From Spirochaetia bacterium (GTDB taxonomy: Bacteria; Spirochaetota; Spirochaetia; SZUA-6; Bin103): 64,000 nucleotides of DNA. Below are positions 9,807-20,888 of the stretch, piece after piece (the first letter of the stretch is position 1; each line of letters begins with the position of its first letter). Location: positions 2,752,001-2,816,000 of the forward strand of contig OZ241863.1 of the NCBI GenBank assembly GCA_965203055.1, given 5' to 3'. The notes below the pieces were generated by a model. That model was not told the origin of the DNA, searched no databases, and worked only from the letters and a program-made list of their open reading frames with translations. Position numbers and translations under genes: made by a program.

Positions 9807-9867
9807 GGAGCGCCGCGGCGCGCCGCGGCAGGCGGCCTTTGGCTGACGGCCGAACCGGGGTTCGCTG

Positions 9868-12800
9868 ATGCCGATCGACCGGCGGGAGCTGCTGAGCGAT
9901 CTGCGGAGGCAGCTCCGGCTGCTGGAACGGGACTTGGCCGCACGCGCCGACAGCGTGCCGGAGATGGCCGCGGCGCTGCAGGCGGAGTATCAGGCGGCGC
10001 GCGCCGCCGAGCGCACCGCCGCGACCTTCCGCGTCTGGCGCGCCGGCGAACTCACCCAGGCCGCAGTCGCGTGGCTGCTCGGCGCCGTGTTCGTGCGCTT
10101 CATCGAGGACAACGGGCTGATCGACGAGCCGCTGATCGGCGGCCCGAACCGCGCCATCGATCGGGCGGAGGAGCGCCAGCTACGCTACTTTCGCTCCCAT
10201 CCCACCGCGACCGACCGCGACTACCTGCTACACGGGTTCGCCGCCGTCGCCCGTCTGCCGGCGCTGGCCATGCTCTACGACCGCGCCCGCAACCCGGTGT
10301 GGCGCCTCGGCATCTCCGGCGACGCGGCGCGCGATCTGCTGGAGTTCTGGCGCACCGTGAACCCGGACACCGGGGTGCTGCGCCACGACTTCACCGACCC
10401 CGAATGGGACACCCGCTTCCTGGGCGACCTGTACCAGGACCTGTCCGACGACGCCAAGAAGCGCTACGCCCTGTTGCAGACGCCGGAGTTCGTCGAGGAG
10501 TTCATCCTGGAGCGCACGCTGACGCCGGCGCTGGAACAGTTCGGGCTGGCCGCAGTGCGCCTGATCGACCCGGCCTGCGGCTCCGGTCACTTCCTGCTCG
10601 GCGCGTTCCAGCGGCTGCTGCGCCGGTGGCGCGCCTGCGAGCCCGAAGCGCCGAAACAGGAACTGGCGCAGCGCGCGCTGACCGCCGTGCACGGCGTGGA
10701 CGTCAACCCGTTCGCCGCGGCGATCGCGCGCTTCCGGCTGCTGGTGGCGGCGCTGCGGGCGAGCGGCATCAGGCGCCTGCAAGAGGCGCCGGCGTTCCCG
10801 CTCAACGTGGCCGCCGGCGACAGCCTGCTCCACGGACGCCGCTTCGGGGAGCTGGACCTGGGCAGCGGCGCGGAACAGCACGCGCTCACCGGCCAGGCCG
10901 AGTTCGCGCACGCCTTCCAGTCCGAAGACATCGGCGCCCTGAACCGCATCCTCGGCCGGCAGTATCACGTAGTGGTCGGGAATCCTCCCTACATCACGGT
11001 GAAGGACAAGGCGGTCAACCAGTTGTACCGCGCGCGCTACACGACCTGCCACCGGCAGTATTCGCTCGCGGTGCCGTTCACCGAACGCCTCTTCGATCTC
11101 GCGGTACGGGACGACTCGCGCCGCGCCGGTTACGTGGGGATGATCACGGCGAATTCCTTCATGAAGCGCGAGTTCGGAAAGAAGCTGATCGAATCGTTCC
11201 TGCCGGGCGTTGACCTGACTCACGTACTCGATACCTCCGGCGCGTACATCCCCGGCCACGGAACACCCACGGTGATCCTGCTTGGCCGCCATCGTCCGCC
11301 GCATTGCGACGTAGTTCGAGCCGTCATCGGCATTCGCGGCGAGCCGAAGACACCTGATGATGCCGCATTGGGGCATGTCTGGTCAGACATCGTTGCTCAA
11401 GTAGACGACCGACTGACGAGCAGCGATTGGGTGACCTCCGAAGACCTGCCGCGAACGAAGCTTTCGGTGTACCCATGGAGCATCAGCGGCGGCGGCGCCG
11501 GCCACATTCTCGAACGTATCGACAAGGCGGGTGTGACTACACTCGGCAAAATTGCCATGGCAGCAGGTCGAATGACCCACACCGGCGAGGATAGCGCATT
11601 CTACTTCCCGGCAGACAACGGAACCGCGATAGATAGTAATAGTAGTTTCTCGATTTCCGTCGTCACCGGCGAAGACGTCAGAAACTGGATGCTCGCGCCA
11701 TCGGTCGTTTCACTATTTCCCTATGAAGACGACGGAGAGTCGGTATCCTGGGACAGACTTCCTCAGGCGATCCAACGACATTTCTGGCGCTTGCGAACGA
11801 CCTTGCGGTCGCGGCAGGACTACGGCGAGTTCATCGAACGACGCGGACTGAGATGGTATGAACACTCGATGTTCTTCAAGCGCCGTTACCGTGTTCCGCT
11901 ATCAATAGTATTTGCCTTCGTCGCTACTCACAATCATTTCGTACTCGACCGAGGCGGCAAGGTGTTCAACCGTTCCGCTCCGGTCATCAAGCTGCCGGAT
12001 AACGCTACAGAGACAGACCACTTGGAGCTTGTTGGTTTGCTCAACAGTTCTACGGCGTGTTTCTGGCTGAAACAGGTGCTCCATAACAAGGGAGGCGGGG
12101 GGATTGGTGGCGGATTAGCAAGCGAAGAGTGGGAACAGTTCTACGAGTACACTGCAACAGGACTAAAACTGTTTCCGCTTGCTACAGAGCGGCCTCTTGA
12201 TCTCGCGGTAGCGCTTGATCGTCTTGCTGCGGAGCGACAGTCCCATCTGCCGGCGCAACTGACCGACCGCTTTCCCTTGACGCCGGAGGAACTGGATGCT
12301 CACTGCGACGCCGCGGCGTCTCTGCAGGCGCGCATGATCGCCCTGCAGGAGGAACTCGACTGGGAATGCTACCGCCTCTACGGCCTCATCCACGAAGATT
12401 GCCGGTATTCCGGCGGCAACGGCACCGGCGCCCGCTCCGAACCCCCGCCGCTGGCGCTGGGCGAGCGCGCCTTCGAGATCGTCATGGCGCGGCGGATGGC
12501 GGCCGGCGAACTGCAAACCCGGTGGTTCGAGCGCCACGGTTCCACGCCGATCACCGAGGCGCCGGCCCACTGGCCGGAGGACTACCGCGCCCTGGTCGCG
12601 CGGCGCATCAAGCTGATCGGGTCCGACCGCTTCGTCGGCCTGCTGGAAAAGCCGGAGTACAAGCGCCGCTGGAACACCGAACCGTGGGAGGATCAGGAAC
12701 GGCGCGCCCTCCGCGCCTGGCTGCTCGACCGGCTGGAGTCGCCCGCCTACTGGCCGGAGCCCCGGCTCACCACCGTCGGCGAGCTCGCCGCGCGGGCGGC

Positions 12801-13578
12801 CGCGGATGCCGACTTTCAGGAGGCCGCCGTCCGCTTCTCCTATCGCGCCTACGGCTACCTCGACGCGCTAGTCGCCGAGCTGGTGGAGGCCGAAAGCGTG
12901 CCGGCGCTGCCGGCGCTGCGCTACAAGCCCTCCGGCCTGGCCAAGCGCGCCGACTGGGAGGCGGTCTGGGCCGCGCAGCGGCGCGAAGACGAAATCGACG
13001 CCGAGGCTGCCGCGGCGACGCCGCCCCTGCCTGACGAGACCGAAGATCAGCATGCCGCCCGCCTCAAGGCTGAACAGGACCGCCGCAAGCGGGACGAGCT
13101 CGGCGACCTGGCGCCGCCGCCCAAGTACCGCGCGGCCGACTTTCTGAAAGCCGGCTACTGGCGCCTGCGCGGAGCCCTCGACGTGCCCAAGGAGCGCTTC
13201 TTCAGCTTGCCGGGCGTGAGCGGCGACGACGATCCCACGCTCCTGGTGGGCTGCGCCGGGTGGGATCACTTGACTCTCTGCCAGGCGCTGGCCGCCTACT
13301 ACAACGAGGCCGACGAGCGCGACGGCTGGAACGCGGCCCGGGCCGCCCCGCTGCTGGCGGCGATCCGGGAGCACGTGCCGTGGCTCAAGCAGTGGCACAA
13401 CGACCTCGACGAGGAATACCAGGAGCGCCTGGGCGACGTCTACGACAGCTTCGTTCGCTCGCAACTCGCGCGGTTCCGTCTGACCGAACACGATCTGCGG
13501 CAACAGGCGCCGCATGGAAGCGCGGCCCGCCCGCCCCGCCCGCGGCGAACAGTTGCGCCTGGTTGGCGGCTCCCTTAG
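9868..13578 (+). CDS. pglX: BREX-2/Pgl-type adenine DNA methyltransferase PglX
   Basis: [69 protein letters not shown] and [11 protein letters not shown] are characteristic of BREX-2 PglX. Confidence 0.88.
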   Translation: MPIDRRELLSDLRRQLRLLERDLAARADSVPEMAAALQAEYQAARAAERTAATFRVWRAGELTQAAVAWLLGAVFVRFIEDNGLIDEPLIGGPNRAIDRAEERQLRYFRSHPTATDRDYLLHGFAAVARLPALAMLYDRARNPVWRLGISGDAARDLLEFWRTVNPDTGVLRHDFTDPEWDTRFLGDLYQDLSDDAKKRYALLQTPEFVEEFILERTLTPALEQFGLAAVRLIDPACGSGHFLLGAFQRLLRRWRACEPEAPKQELAQRALTAVHGVDVNPFAAAIARFRLLVAALRASGIRRLQEAPAFPLNVAAGDSLLHGRRFGELDLGSGAEQHALTGQAEFAHAFQSEDIGALNRILGRQYHVVVGNPPYITVKDKAVNQLYRARYTTCHRQYSLAVPFTERLFDLAVRDDSRRAGYVGMITANSFMKREFGKKLIESFLPGVDLTHVLDTSGAYIPGHGTPTVILLGRHRPPHCDVVRAVIGIRGEPKTPDDAALGHVWSDIVAQVDDRLTSSDWVTSEDLPRTKLSVYPWSISGGGAGHILERIDKAGVTTLGKIAMAAGRMTHTGEDSAFYFPADNGTAIDSNSSFSISVVTGEDVRNWMLAPSVVSLFPYEDDGESVSWDRLPQAIQRHFWRLRTTLRSRQDYGEFIERRGLRWYEHSMFFKRRYRVPLSIVFAFVATHNHFVLDRGGKVFNRSAPVIKLPDNATETDHLELVGLLNSSTACFWLKQVLHNKGGGGIGGGLASEEWEQFYEYTATGLKLFPLATERPLDLAVALDRLAAERQSHLPAQLTDRFPLTPEELDAHCDAAASLQARMIALQEELDWECYRLYGLIHEDCRYSGGNGTGARSEPPPLALGERAFEIVMARRMAAGELQTRWFERHGSTPITEAPAHWPEDYRALVARRIKLIGSDRFVGLLEKPEYKRRWNTEPWEDQERRALRAWLLDRLESPAYWPEPRLTTVGELAARAAADADFQEAAVRFSYRAYGYLDALVAELVEAESVPALPALRYKPSGLAKRADWEAVWAAQRREDEIDAEAAAATPPLPDETEDQHAARLKAEQDRRKRDELGDLAPPPKYRAADFLKAGYWRLRGALDVPKERFFSLPGVSGDDDPTLLVGCAGWDHLTLCQALAAYYNEADERDGWNAARAAPLLAAIREHVPWLKQWHNDLDEEYQERLGDVYDSFVRSQLARFRLTEHDLRQQAPHGSAARPPRPRRTVAPGWRLP

Positions 13579-13619
13579 GATGGCCGTTGACCGCATACCA
13601 TCCACAGGAGCACGCCGCC

Positions 13620-14612
13620 ATGAGCGCCCTCAGTCAGCAGCAGGTCGATCAGTTTCGGGAGCAGGGCTTCCTGAAGGTCGACGCCGTGTTGGACCCGGCC
13701 ACCTGCCTCGATCCGGTGATCGAAGAGTACGAGGGAGTGCTGGACGCGCTGGCCCGCGAACTGTTCGCCGGCGGCGACATTTCCTCGACCTGGGAGGAGC
13801 TGCCGTTCGGCGACCGGGTGACCCGCATCTACGCCGAAAGCGGCCGCGCGCACGCGCAGTACTTCGATTTTTCGCTGCCGTTCTCGGACGTGCGCGAAGA
13901 CACGCCGTTCTGGTGCGGGCCGGCGGTGCTGAACGCCTTTACCGCGGAACCATTGCTGGACGTCGTCGAGTCGCTCATCGGCCCCGAGATCTACTCCAAC
14001 CCGGTGCAGCACGTGCGCATCAAGCCCCCCGAGCACAAGCTGCCGAAGGACCGCAACGGCAAGCCGGTAATCGGCGCCACCCAGTGGCATCAGGACCATG
14101 GCGTGGTCACGCCGGAGGCCGACGCCACCGACATGCTGACGGTGTGGTTTTCGCTGTACGACACCCCGGTCGCGGCGGGACCGTTGAAGGTCGTCCCCGG
14201 CAGCCACCGGGACGGCTTGCGCACCCATTGCGACAACTACCGCGGCCACGGCGGCCGGGAGATTCCCGAGCGGCTGTTCGCCGCCGCCGCCGCCACGCCG
14301 CTCCCCACCGCGCGCGGCGACGTGGTGTGCCTGCACCGTCAGACCGTGCACGGCTCGCTGCCCAACGTCAGCGACGCGATCCGCTGGAGCTTCGACCTGC
14401 GCTACAACCCCATCGGCCAGCATACCGGGCGCGAGGCGTTCCCCGGCTTCGTGGCCCGCAGCCGCCGGGCGCCGCACCTGGAGTTGCGCGACGCCGGCGC
14501 GTGGCGCCGGAGCTGGGAGGAAACCCGCAGCCGGATGGCGCGCCTCAACCAGGGCGGACAGACCGACGTGCCGTTCGGGCGCTGGGCGGACGGCCACCCC
14601 GACTGCGCCTGA
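13620..14612 (+). CDS. Phytanoyl-CoA dioxygenase family (2OG-Fe(II)) protein
   Basis: ATG after AGGAG; WHQD, VVPGSH, HGSLPN and RWSFDLRY motifs. Confidence 0.88.
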   Translation: MSALSQQQVDQFREQGFLKVDAVLDPATCLDPVIEEYEGVLDALARELFAGGDISSTWEELPFGDRVTRIYAESGRAHAQYFDFSLPFSDVREDTPFWCGPAVLNAFTAEPLLDVVESLIGPEIYSNPVQHVRIKPPEHKLPKDRNGKPVIGATQWHQDHGVVTPEADATDMLTVWFSLYDTPVAAGPLKVVPGSHRDGLRTHCDNYRGHGGREIPERLFAAAAATPLPTARGDVVCLHRQTVHGSLPNVSDAIRWSFDLRYNPIGQHTGREAFPGFVARSRRAPHLELRDAGAWRRSWEETRSRMARLNQGGQTDVPFGRWADGHPDCA

Positions 14613-14758
14613 CGCCGCCCGCCGGCGCGCGCCGCGCCGGCCGCGCCGTTGACAGGGGGCAACCGGCCTGCGATGATTCGAGGCTGCCGCCGGGCGCGCA
14701 GCCGCCCGGCCGCTCCCGGCCGCGGCCCGCGAGCTCCGGCATCCGGTGAGGAGAGAGG

Positions 14759-15718
14759 TTGGCATCATCCGCAGACGCCGCGCAGCGCGAGTTGAAGCTG
14801 GCGCTGCGCCGCAAGGCGTGGAAGGAATACACGATCAACTGGGAGCTGTACCTGATGGGGCTGCTGCCGGTGGTGTGGCTGATCGTGTTCATGTACCTCC
14901 CGATGTACGGCAACGTGATCGCGTTCAAGCGGTTCGTGGCTTCCCAAGGCATCTGGGGCAGTCCCTGGGTCGGGTTCGACAACTTCGAACGCTTCTTCAG
15001 TTCGTTCAAGTTCGGGAACATCATGTGGAACACGTTCTTCCTGAACGCGTACGACCTGGTTCTCGGCTTTCCGATTCCGATCGTCCTCGCCCTGCTGCTC
15101 CACTACGCGCCGTTTCGGGGCTACAAGAAGACGGTGCAGATGGTCACCTACGCCCCCCACTTCATTTCCACCGTGGTGATGGTGGGCATCATCTTCAAGC
15201 TGTTCTCGCAGCGCATCGGCATCGTCAACGTCGCGCTCACCGCGCTGGGGATGCCGGAGCAAAACTTCCTCGGCAGTCCGGCCTGGTTCCCGCACATCTA
15301 CGTGTGGACCAACGTGTGGCAGAACATGGGCTACGCCACGATCATCTTCCTGGCGGCGCTGTCGGCGGTCGATCCCGAGTTGCACGAAGCGGCGCGCGTC
15401 GACGGCGCCACCATCTGGCAGCGCATCTGGCACATCGATCTGCCCGGCATCGCCGCGGTGGTGATCATCCTGCTGATCTTGCGGCTCGGCCAGATTCTCA
15501 ACATCGGCTTCGAAAAGGTGTTCCTGATGCAGAACACGGTCAACATCGCCGCCTCCGAGGTGGTGGACACCTACGTCTACAAGATCGGGCTCGCCTCCCG
15601 CAACCCCAACTTCTCCTACGCCTCCGCCATCGGCCTGTTCAAGAACGTGATCGCGTTCGTGCTGCTGATCGCGGTGAACCGCCTCGCGCGGCGCACCAGC
15701 GGAACCAGCCTGTGGTAG
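14759..15718 (+). CDS. Carbohydrate ABC transporter permease (LplB-like)
   Basis: YLPMYG, SPWVGFDNF, EAARVDGA loop. TTGACA-N17-GATGAT at 14649-14677. Confidence 0.92.
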   Translation: MASSADAAQRELKLALRRKAWKEYTINWELYLMGLLPVVWLIVFMYLPMYGNVIAFKRFVASQGIWGSPWVGFDNFERFFSSFKFGNIMWNTFFLNAYDLVLGFPIPIVLALLLHYAPFRGYKKTVQMVTYAPHFISTVVMVGIIFKLFSQRIGIVNVALTALGMPEQNFLGSPAWFPHIYVWTNVWQNMGYATIIFLAALSAVDPELHEAARVDGATIWQRIWHIDLPGIAAVVIILLILRLGQILNIGFEKVFLMQNTVNIAASEVVDTYVYKIGLASRNPNFSYASAIGLFKNVIAFVLLIAVNRLARRTSGTSLW

Positions 15719-15737
15719 GCGTGGCAGGCGGGCGCTG

Positions 15738-16721
15738 ATGGCGGCGGTACGGGCGGCGGGCGCGGCCGGCGCCGGCGCCGCGGCGCTGCCGGGCGGCGGC
15801 CGGCGCCGCGCCTCCGGCATCCGCCACGCGCGGGAGGATCGGCTGTTCTACGTGCTCGACGTGGGACTGCTCGGCCTCACCTTCCTGCTGGTCGTCTATC
15901 CGTTGATCTACGTGGTCAGCTCGTCGTTCAGCGACGCCCTGGAAGTGGTGGCCGGAAGGGTCTGGCTGCTGCCGGTGAAACCCTCGCTGGAAGGCTACAA
16001 GGCGGTATTCGAGTACAGCGAGCTGTGGCTCGGCTACGGCAACACCATCTTCTATACCGTGTTCGGCACCATCTACAACGTGGTGATGACCATGCTGATC
16101 GCCTACCCGTTGTCGCGGCGCGACTTCCGGGGCCGCGGCGTGCTGATGTTCCTGTTCACCTTCACGCTGTTCTTTCAGGGCGGCCTCATCCCCACCTACC
16201 TGTTGATTCGCAGCGTCGGCATCATCGACACGCGCGCGGTGATGATCATCCCGTTCGCCATCGGGGTGTGGAACGTGATCATTACCCGCACCTTCCTGCA
16301 ATCCAACATTCCCGCCGAGCTGTACGAGGCGGCGCGCGTCGACGGCGCGACCAACTCGCGCATGCTGTGGAGCGTGGTGCTGCCGCTGTCCGGGCCGATC
16401 ATCGCGGTGATCACCCTGTTCTACGCGGTAAATCACTGGAACCAGTTCTTCAACGCGCTGGTCTACCTGCGGCGCCAGGAGCTGCGCCCGCTGCAGATCA
16501 TTCTGCGCGAAATCCTGGTGCTCAACTCGCCGGGCGTGATCGATCAGTTGATGGCCTCGGCCTCGCCGGAGCAGGTGGAGGCGCTGCAATCGCGGATGTA
16601 TCTGCAGGGATTGATCCAGTTCGCGCTGATCGTGATCGCCACCGCGCCGATCCTGGCGGTGTATCCGTTCGTGCAGAAATACTTCGTGCGCGGGGTGATG
16701 ATCGGCGCCCTCAAGGGATGA
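15738..16721 (+). CDS. Carbohydrate ABC transporter permease (LplC-like)
   Basis: GGLIPTY, EAARVDGA and YPFVQKYFVRGVMIGALKG motifs. Confidence 0.92.
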   Translation: MAAVRAAGAAGAGAAALPGGGRRRASGIRHAREDRLFYVLDVGLLGLTFLLVVYPLIYVVSSSFSDALEVVAGRVWLLPVKPSLEGYKAVFEYSELWLGYGNTIFYTVFGTIYNVVMTMLIAYPLSRRDFRGRGVLMFLFTFTLFFQGGLIPTYLLIRSVGIIDTRAVMIIPFAIGVWNVIITRTFLQSNIPAELYEAARVDGATNSRMLWSVVLPLSGPIIAVITLFYAVNHWNQFFNALVYLRRQELRPLQIILREILVLNSPGVIDQLMASASPEQVEALQSRMYLQGLIQFALIVIATAPILAVYPFVQKYFVRGVMIGALKG

Positions 16722-16827
16722 CGGGGATGACGGCGCGCGCACTTGACTGATGAATTGCGGAGTCCGGGTGTTACCCGGAACTGAAAGGAGACCGCGGCGC
16801 CAAGCCGCGACAACAGGAGCAGCATAC

Positions 16828-18552
16828 ATGCTCAGAATCACGGGCCTCGCCTTGGCGGCGCTGCTGGCGTTCGGCGGAGCCGCCTTCGCCGCCGGCGCCG
16901 AAGACACCGCGGCGAGCGCGTATCAACTGAACCCGCCGGGAACCTACCCGGTGGTGGACGAGAAGGTGACGATCAGCGCGATTGCCTACTACTCGTCGAG
17001 CACCTCGTCAGGCACCCCCGGAGACGCGGCGTTCGCCACCTATCTGGAGGACCTCACCAACGTGCGCGTCGACTTCGTCGAGATGATCGAGTCGAACGGC
17101 GCGCAGGAGAAGTTCAACCTGATCCTGGCCTCCGGCGATCTGCCGGACATTCTCATTCCGCACGGCTCGATAACCGCGCAGCAGGTGTTTCTGCACGGCA
17201 GCAACGGCACCTTCCTGCCGCTCAACGACCTGATCGAGCAGCGCATGCCGTCGCTCAAGCAGCGCCTCGGCGAGGCGCCGGAGATCAGGGCGCGGCTGAC
17301 GATGCCGGACGGCAACATCTACGCCTTCCCCGACGTCGAAGCCAACTGCTTTCACTGCCAGTTCTCGGCCAAGCTGTGGGTATACCAGCCGTGGGTGGAG
17401 AAGCTGGGGCTGAAGTGGCCGCCGGAGACCACCGAGGAGCTGTACCAGACCTTCAAGGCGTTCAAGACCCAGGACCCGAACGGCAACGGCCAGGCGGACG
17501 AGATTCCGATTCTGGGCGCCGTGGACGGCTGGCGGCAGGACCCGTTCACCTTCCTGATGAACCCGTTCATCTTCACCAGCCACCCGTACGGCGCCAACTA
17601 CGGCGCGTTCCTGGAGCGCAGCCCCTCCGACGTGCGCTTCGTGGCCAACACGCCGGAGTGGCGCGAGGGTCTGAAGTTCATGCGCCGGCTGTACGCCGAA
17701 GGGCTGCTCGGCGACGAGAGCTTCGTGTGGAAGCGGCAGGAAGGGATGGCGGCGGTCGAGAACCCGGACAAGGAGCTGGTGGGGTCGTTCCCCGCCGGCT
17801 GGTTCGGAATGATGACGCTGAACGGCGCCGGCACCGGGCGCTTCGCGCACTTCCAGCCGATCGCCCCGGTGTCGGGGCCGACCGGCCTGCGCCAGACCAC
17901 CTTCTTCCCGCCCACCATGCGCTATCAGACGCAGATCACGCCGAGCGGCGCCGACCGCCAGGAGGTGATCGCGCAGTGGGCGGACTGGTTCTTCGAAGAT
18001 CCGATCGTGCACGGCAATCTGGCCTGGGGCTGGCGCCGCGAGGGCATCGACTGGCGCTGGCTCACCGACGAGGAGAAGGCCAAGGGCTGGGTGGCGCGCG
18101 ACGGCAACCCGGCGCAGACGCTGAGCATCAACGTCCACGCCTACTCCCGCGACCTGTACGACGACGGCTGGCCGCGCACCGCGCCGGGGCGGTTCGACAT
18201 GATCGCCCACGGCGCGCTGCCGCCGGAGTGGGCCGAGGATCCCTCCAAGCAGGAGTACCGGCTGATGGTGGCGACGCGCGACCTGTACGCGCCCTACAAG
18301 ACCGAAAGCTACATCCCGCCCGACCTGGTGTTCGACGAGACCACGCAGGATGAACTGATCGACCTGGCGGAGACCCTGACCAGCAGCACCGGCCTGGTGC
18401 TGCAGCGGGCCACCGAGTTCATCAACGGCACCCGCGACATCAGCAGCGACGCGGCGTGGAACGACTACGTGCAGGAGCTCGAGCGGGCGGGCATCGACCG
18501 CTACGTCGAGCTGTGGCGCGACACCCTCGCCAACGGAGGCTACTTCAGCTAG
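16828..18552 (+). CDS. Extracellular solute-binding protein (carbohydrate ABC, LplA-like)
   Basis: ATG after AGGAG; signal peptide; LASGDLPD and DPNGNGQADEIP motifs. Confidence 0.9.
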   Translation: MLRITGLALAALLAFGGAAFAAGAEDTAASAYQLNPPGTYPVVDEKVTISAIAYYSSSTSSGTPGDAAFATYLEDLTNVRVDFVEMIESNGAQEKFNLILASGDLPDILIPHGSITAQQVFLHGSNGTFLPLNDLIEQRMPSLKQRLGEAPEIRARLTMPDGNIYAFPDVEANCFHCQFSAKLWVYQPWVEKLGLKWPPETTEELYQTFKAFKTQDPNGNGQADEIPILGAVDGWRQDPFTFLMNPFIFTSHPYGANYGAFLERSPSDVRFVANTPEWREGLKFMRRLYAEGLLGDESFVWKRQEGMAAVENPDKELVGSFPAGWFGMMTLNGAGTGRFAHFQPIAPVSGPTGLRQTTFFPPTMRYQTQITPSGADRQEVIAQWADWFFEDPIVHGNLAWGWRREGIDWRWLTDEEKAKGWVARDGNPAQTLSINVHAYSRDLYDDGWPRTAPGRFDMIAHGALPPEWAEDPSKQEYRLMVATRDLYAPYKTESYIPPDLVFDETTQDELIDLAETLTSSTGLVLQRATEFINGTRDISSDAAWNDYVQELERAGIDRYVELWRDTLANGGYFS

Positions 18553-18587
18553 CTAAGCTAGACCCCGCTCAGGCGCGGAGTTTCACG

Positions 18588-18620
18588 GCGGCCGGCTCGC
18601 TCCCCGAGCCGGCCGCTTTT
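18588..18620 (+). terminator. Rho-independent terminator
   Basis: 12-bp stem GCGGCCGGCTCG/CGAGCCGGCCGC, 5-nt loop, then TTTT, between convergent genes. Confidence 0.8.
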
Positions 18621-18627
18621 CATTGAT

Positions 18628-19737
18628 TCATTGATAGGGATCGGCGGCGTCGCGCAGCCCGTCGCCGACGAAGTTGAACGCCAGCACGCTGGCCACCACG
18701 AACCCGCCAGGAATCAGCAGCCACGGGTGCAGCGCCACCGACTGCACGTTCTGCGCCTCGTGCAACAGCACGCCCCAGCTCACTACCGGCGGGCGCAGCC
18801 CCAGGCCGAGGAAGCTCAGCGCGGTCTCGCCGAGGATCATGTAGGGAATCGCGAGCGTCAGATCGACGATCAGGTAGCTCATGAACGAGGGCAGCAGGTG
18901 GCGGGTGATGATCGCCAGATCGCGGGCGCCGGCCAGCCGCGCCGCCATGGTGAAGTCCTGCTCGCGCAACTCCAGCAGCTTGCCGCGCACCACCCTCGCC
19001 AACCGCGTCCAGCCGACGGTGGAGAGGATGATGGTGATGAAGAAATAGACCCGCAGCGCCGGCCAATCCAGCGGCAGCGCCGCACTCAGCCCCATCCACA
19101 GCGGGATGGTGGGCAGGGCGATGAGGAACTCGATGACGCGCTGGATGGCGGTGTCGACCGCTCCCCCGTAGTAACCCGACAGGCCGCCCAACAGGCAGCC
19201 GAGCGCGAAGCTGAACGCCACGCCGAGCAGCCCCACGGTCAGCGACACGCGGATGGCGTGCAGGTTGCGCGAAAACAGGTCGCGGCCGAGCTTGTCGGTG
19301 CCGAACAGGAACACCCGCCCCGGTTCGGCAACGCCGAACAAGTGGCGCCGGGTCTCGAACAGGCCCCAGAAGCGATAGCCGTCGCCGCGCACGAAGAACT
19401 GCAGGTCGAACTTCCGGGCCGGATCCGGCTGATAATCCCACTCCCAGGCGGCGTCGTCGAAGTGGCGCGCGTAGCCGTATACGAACGGGCGCAGCTGGAA
19501 GCGGCCCTCGTGCACGAAGCGCAGCCGCTGCGGCGGGGCGTAGGCGAATTCGGCCGCCACGGTGCGGGTGCCGTAGGGGGCCAGGAACCCGGCGCCCAGC
19601 CCGCCGAGATAGATTACCGCGAGCGCCGCCAGGGCCGCCCGCGCCAGCCGGTGGCGGCCGAACCGGGCGCGCACCAGCCGCCAGTGGCCGGCCGTGTAGT
19701 AGCGCTCGCGCTCCGCCGCGGCCGCGCCGGCGCTCAC
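18628..19737 (-). CDS. Peptide/nickel ABC transporter permease (DppC/OppC-like)
   Basis: LFGTDKLGRDLFSR, ETALSFLGLG and FNFVGDGLRDAADP motifs. Confidence 0.92.
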   Translation of the reverse strand: MSAGAAAAERERYYTAGHWRLVRARFGRHRLARAALAALAVIYLGGLGAGFLAPYGTRTVAAEFAYAPPQRLRFVHEGRFQLRPFVYGYARHFDDAAWEWDYQPDPARKFDLQFFVRGDGYRFWGLFETRRHLFGVAEPGRVFLFGTDKLGRDLFSRNLHAIRVSLTVGLLGVAFSFALGCLLGGLSGYYGGAVDTAIQRVIEFLIALPTIPLWMGLSAALPLDWPALRVYFFITIILSTVGWTRLARVVRGKLLELREQDFTMAARLAGARDLAIITRHLLPSFMSYLIVDLTLAIPYMILGETALSFLGLGLRPPVVSWGVLLHEAQNVQSVALHPWLLIPGGFVVASVLAFNFVGDGLRDAADPYQ

Positions 19738-20729
19738 CGGTTGCTGCGCTCCATGCGAATGCGCGGGTCGACTCCGGCCAGCACCAGATCGGAGATCAGC
19801 GTCCCCACCACGGTGAGCGCGCCGATGATCATCACCACGCTGCCGGCCAGGCTCATGTCCTGGGTGAGCAGCGCGCTGAAGAAGATCTGCCCGGTCGTGG
19901 GCAGGGACAACACGATTGCGGTCACCGTCTCACCGGAGAAGATTGCCGGCAGGACCCAGGCCGCCGAGCTGATCACCGGATTCAACGCCACCCGCACCGG
20001 ATACTTGAACAGCAGCCGCGCTTCCTCCATGCCCTTGGCGCGGGCGGTGATCACGTACTGCTTGCGCAGCTCGTCCAGCAGGCTGGCGCGCACGATGCGG
20101 ATCAGTTCCGCGGTACCGGCGGTGCCGATTACGACAATCGGAATCGGCAGGTGCGTGAGCAGATCCCAGACCCGGGCGAGGCTCCACGGCGCCGCCACGT
20201 AGGCGGCGGAGAACAGCCCCGTGAGGCTGACCCCGAACCCCTTCAGAAACAGCCACATCAGCACCAGCGCCAACAGGAAGTTGGGCGTCGCCAGGCCGAA
20301 GAAGCCCGACACCGTGAACAGGTAGTCGGCGGCCGAGTACTGGCGGGTAGCGGATACGATGCCGATCGGAATCGAGACCGCGTAGATGAACAGCATGGTG
20401 GCGGCGGACAGCAGCAGGGTGGCCGGCAGGCGCTCGGCGATCAGGTCCAGCACCGCGCGGTTGTGCTGGAACGAGAGGCCCATGTTGCCGCGCGCGAACT
20501 TGCCGATCCACTTGAAGTAGCGTACGACGACCGGCGCATCGAGATCGTACAGGCGCAGCAGCCGGTCCACTTCCGCCTGGTCGACGCGCACCCCGGTGTT
20601 GCGCAGGCGCGCGAGGTGGACGTCCAGATAGGTGCCGGGCGGCAGCTCGATGATGAGGAATCCCACCAGCGAGAGGGCGAACAGAAACAGCACCATGTAG
20701 CACGCGCGCCGCGCGAGGAACGGGAGCAC
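19734..20729 (-). CDS. Peptide/nickel ABC transporter permease (DppB/OppB-like)
   Basis: C-terminal part of ORF 19734..22163; likely GTG start at 20729; ELPPG, YVITARAKG and DPRIR motifs. Confidence 0.9.
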   Translation of the reverse strand: MLPFLARRACYMVLFLFALSLVGFLIIELPPGTYLDVHLARLRNTGVRVDQAEVDRLLRLYDLDAPVVVRYFKWIGKFARGNMGLSFQHNRAVLDLIAERLPATLLLSAATMLFIYAVSIPIGIVSATRQYSAADYLFTVSGFFGLATPNFLLALVLMWLFLKGFGVSLTGLFSAAYVAAPWSLARVWDLLTHLPIPIVVIGTAGTAELIRIVRASLLDELRKQYVITARAKGMEEARLLFKYPVRVALNPVISSAAWVLPAIFSGETVTAIVLSLPTTGQIFFSALLTQDMSLAGSVVMIIGALTVVGTLISDLVLAGVDPRIRMERSNR

Positions 20730-20888
20730 TTCTTCGGGCCTGCGGAACCGGATCGTAGCACACCTCCGACCCGGCGGTGGCGGCGGGCGCAATACGCCGC
20801 TACACTGCCCGCGGCAGTGGCTGGCCGTGCCGGGAAACGCGGAAACCGTACTTGAGCTTGACTGCCGGCGCCGGGATCGCGCCGGCGC

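Noticed and set aside
12097..12102. G6 tract in pglX as a Pgl-type phase-variation switch
   Set aside because: The tract is short, lies within Gly codons in a GC-rich genome and is in frame; there is no evidence of variation.
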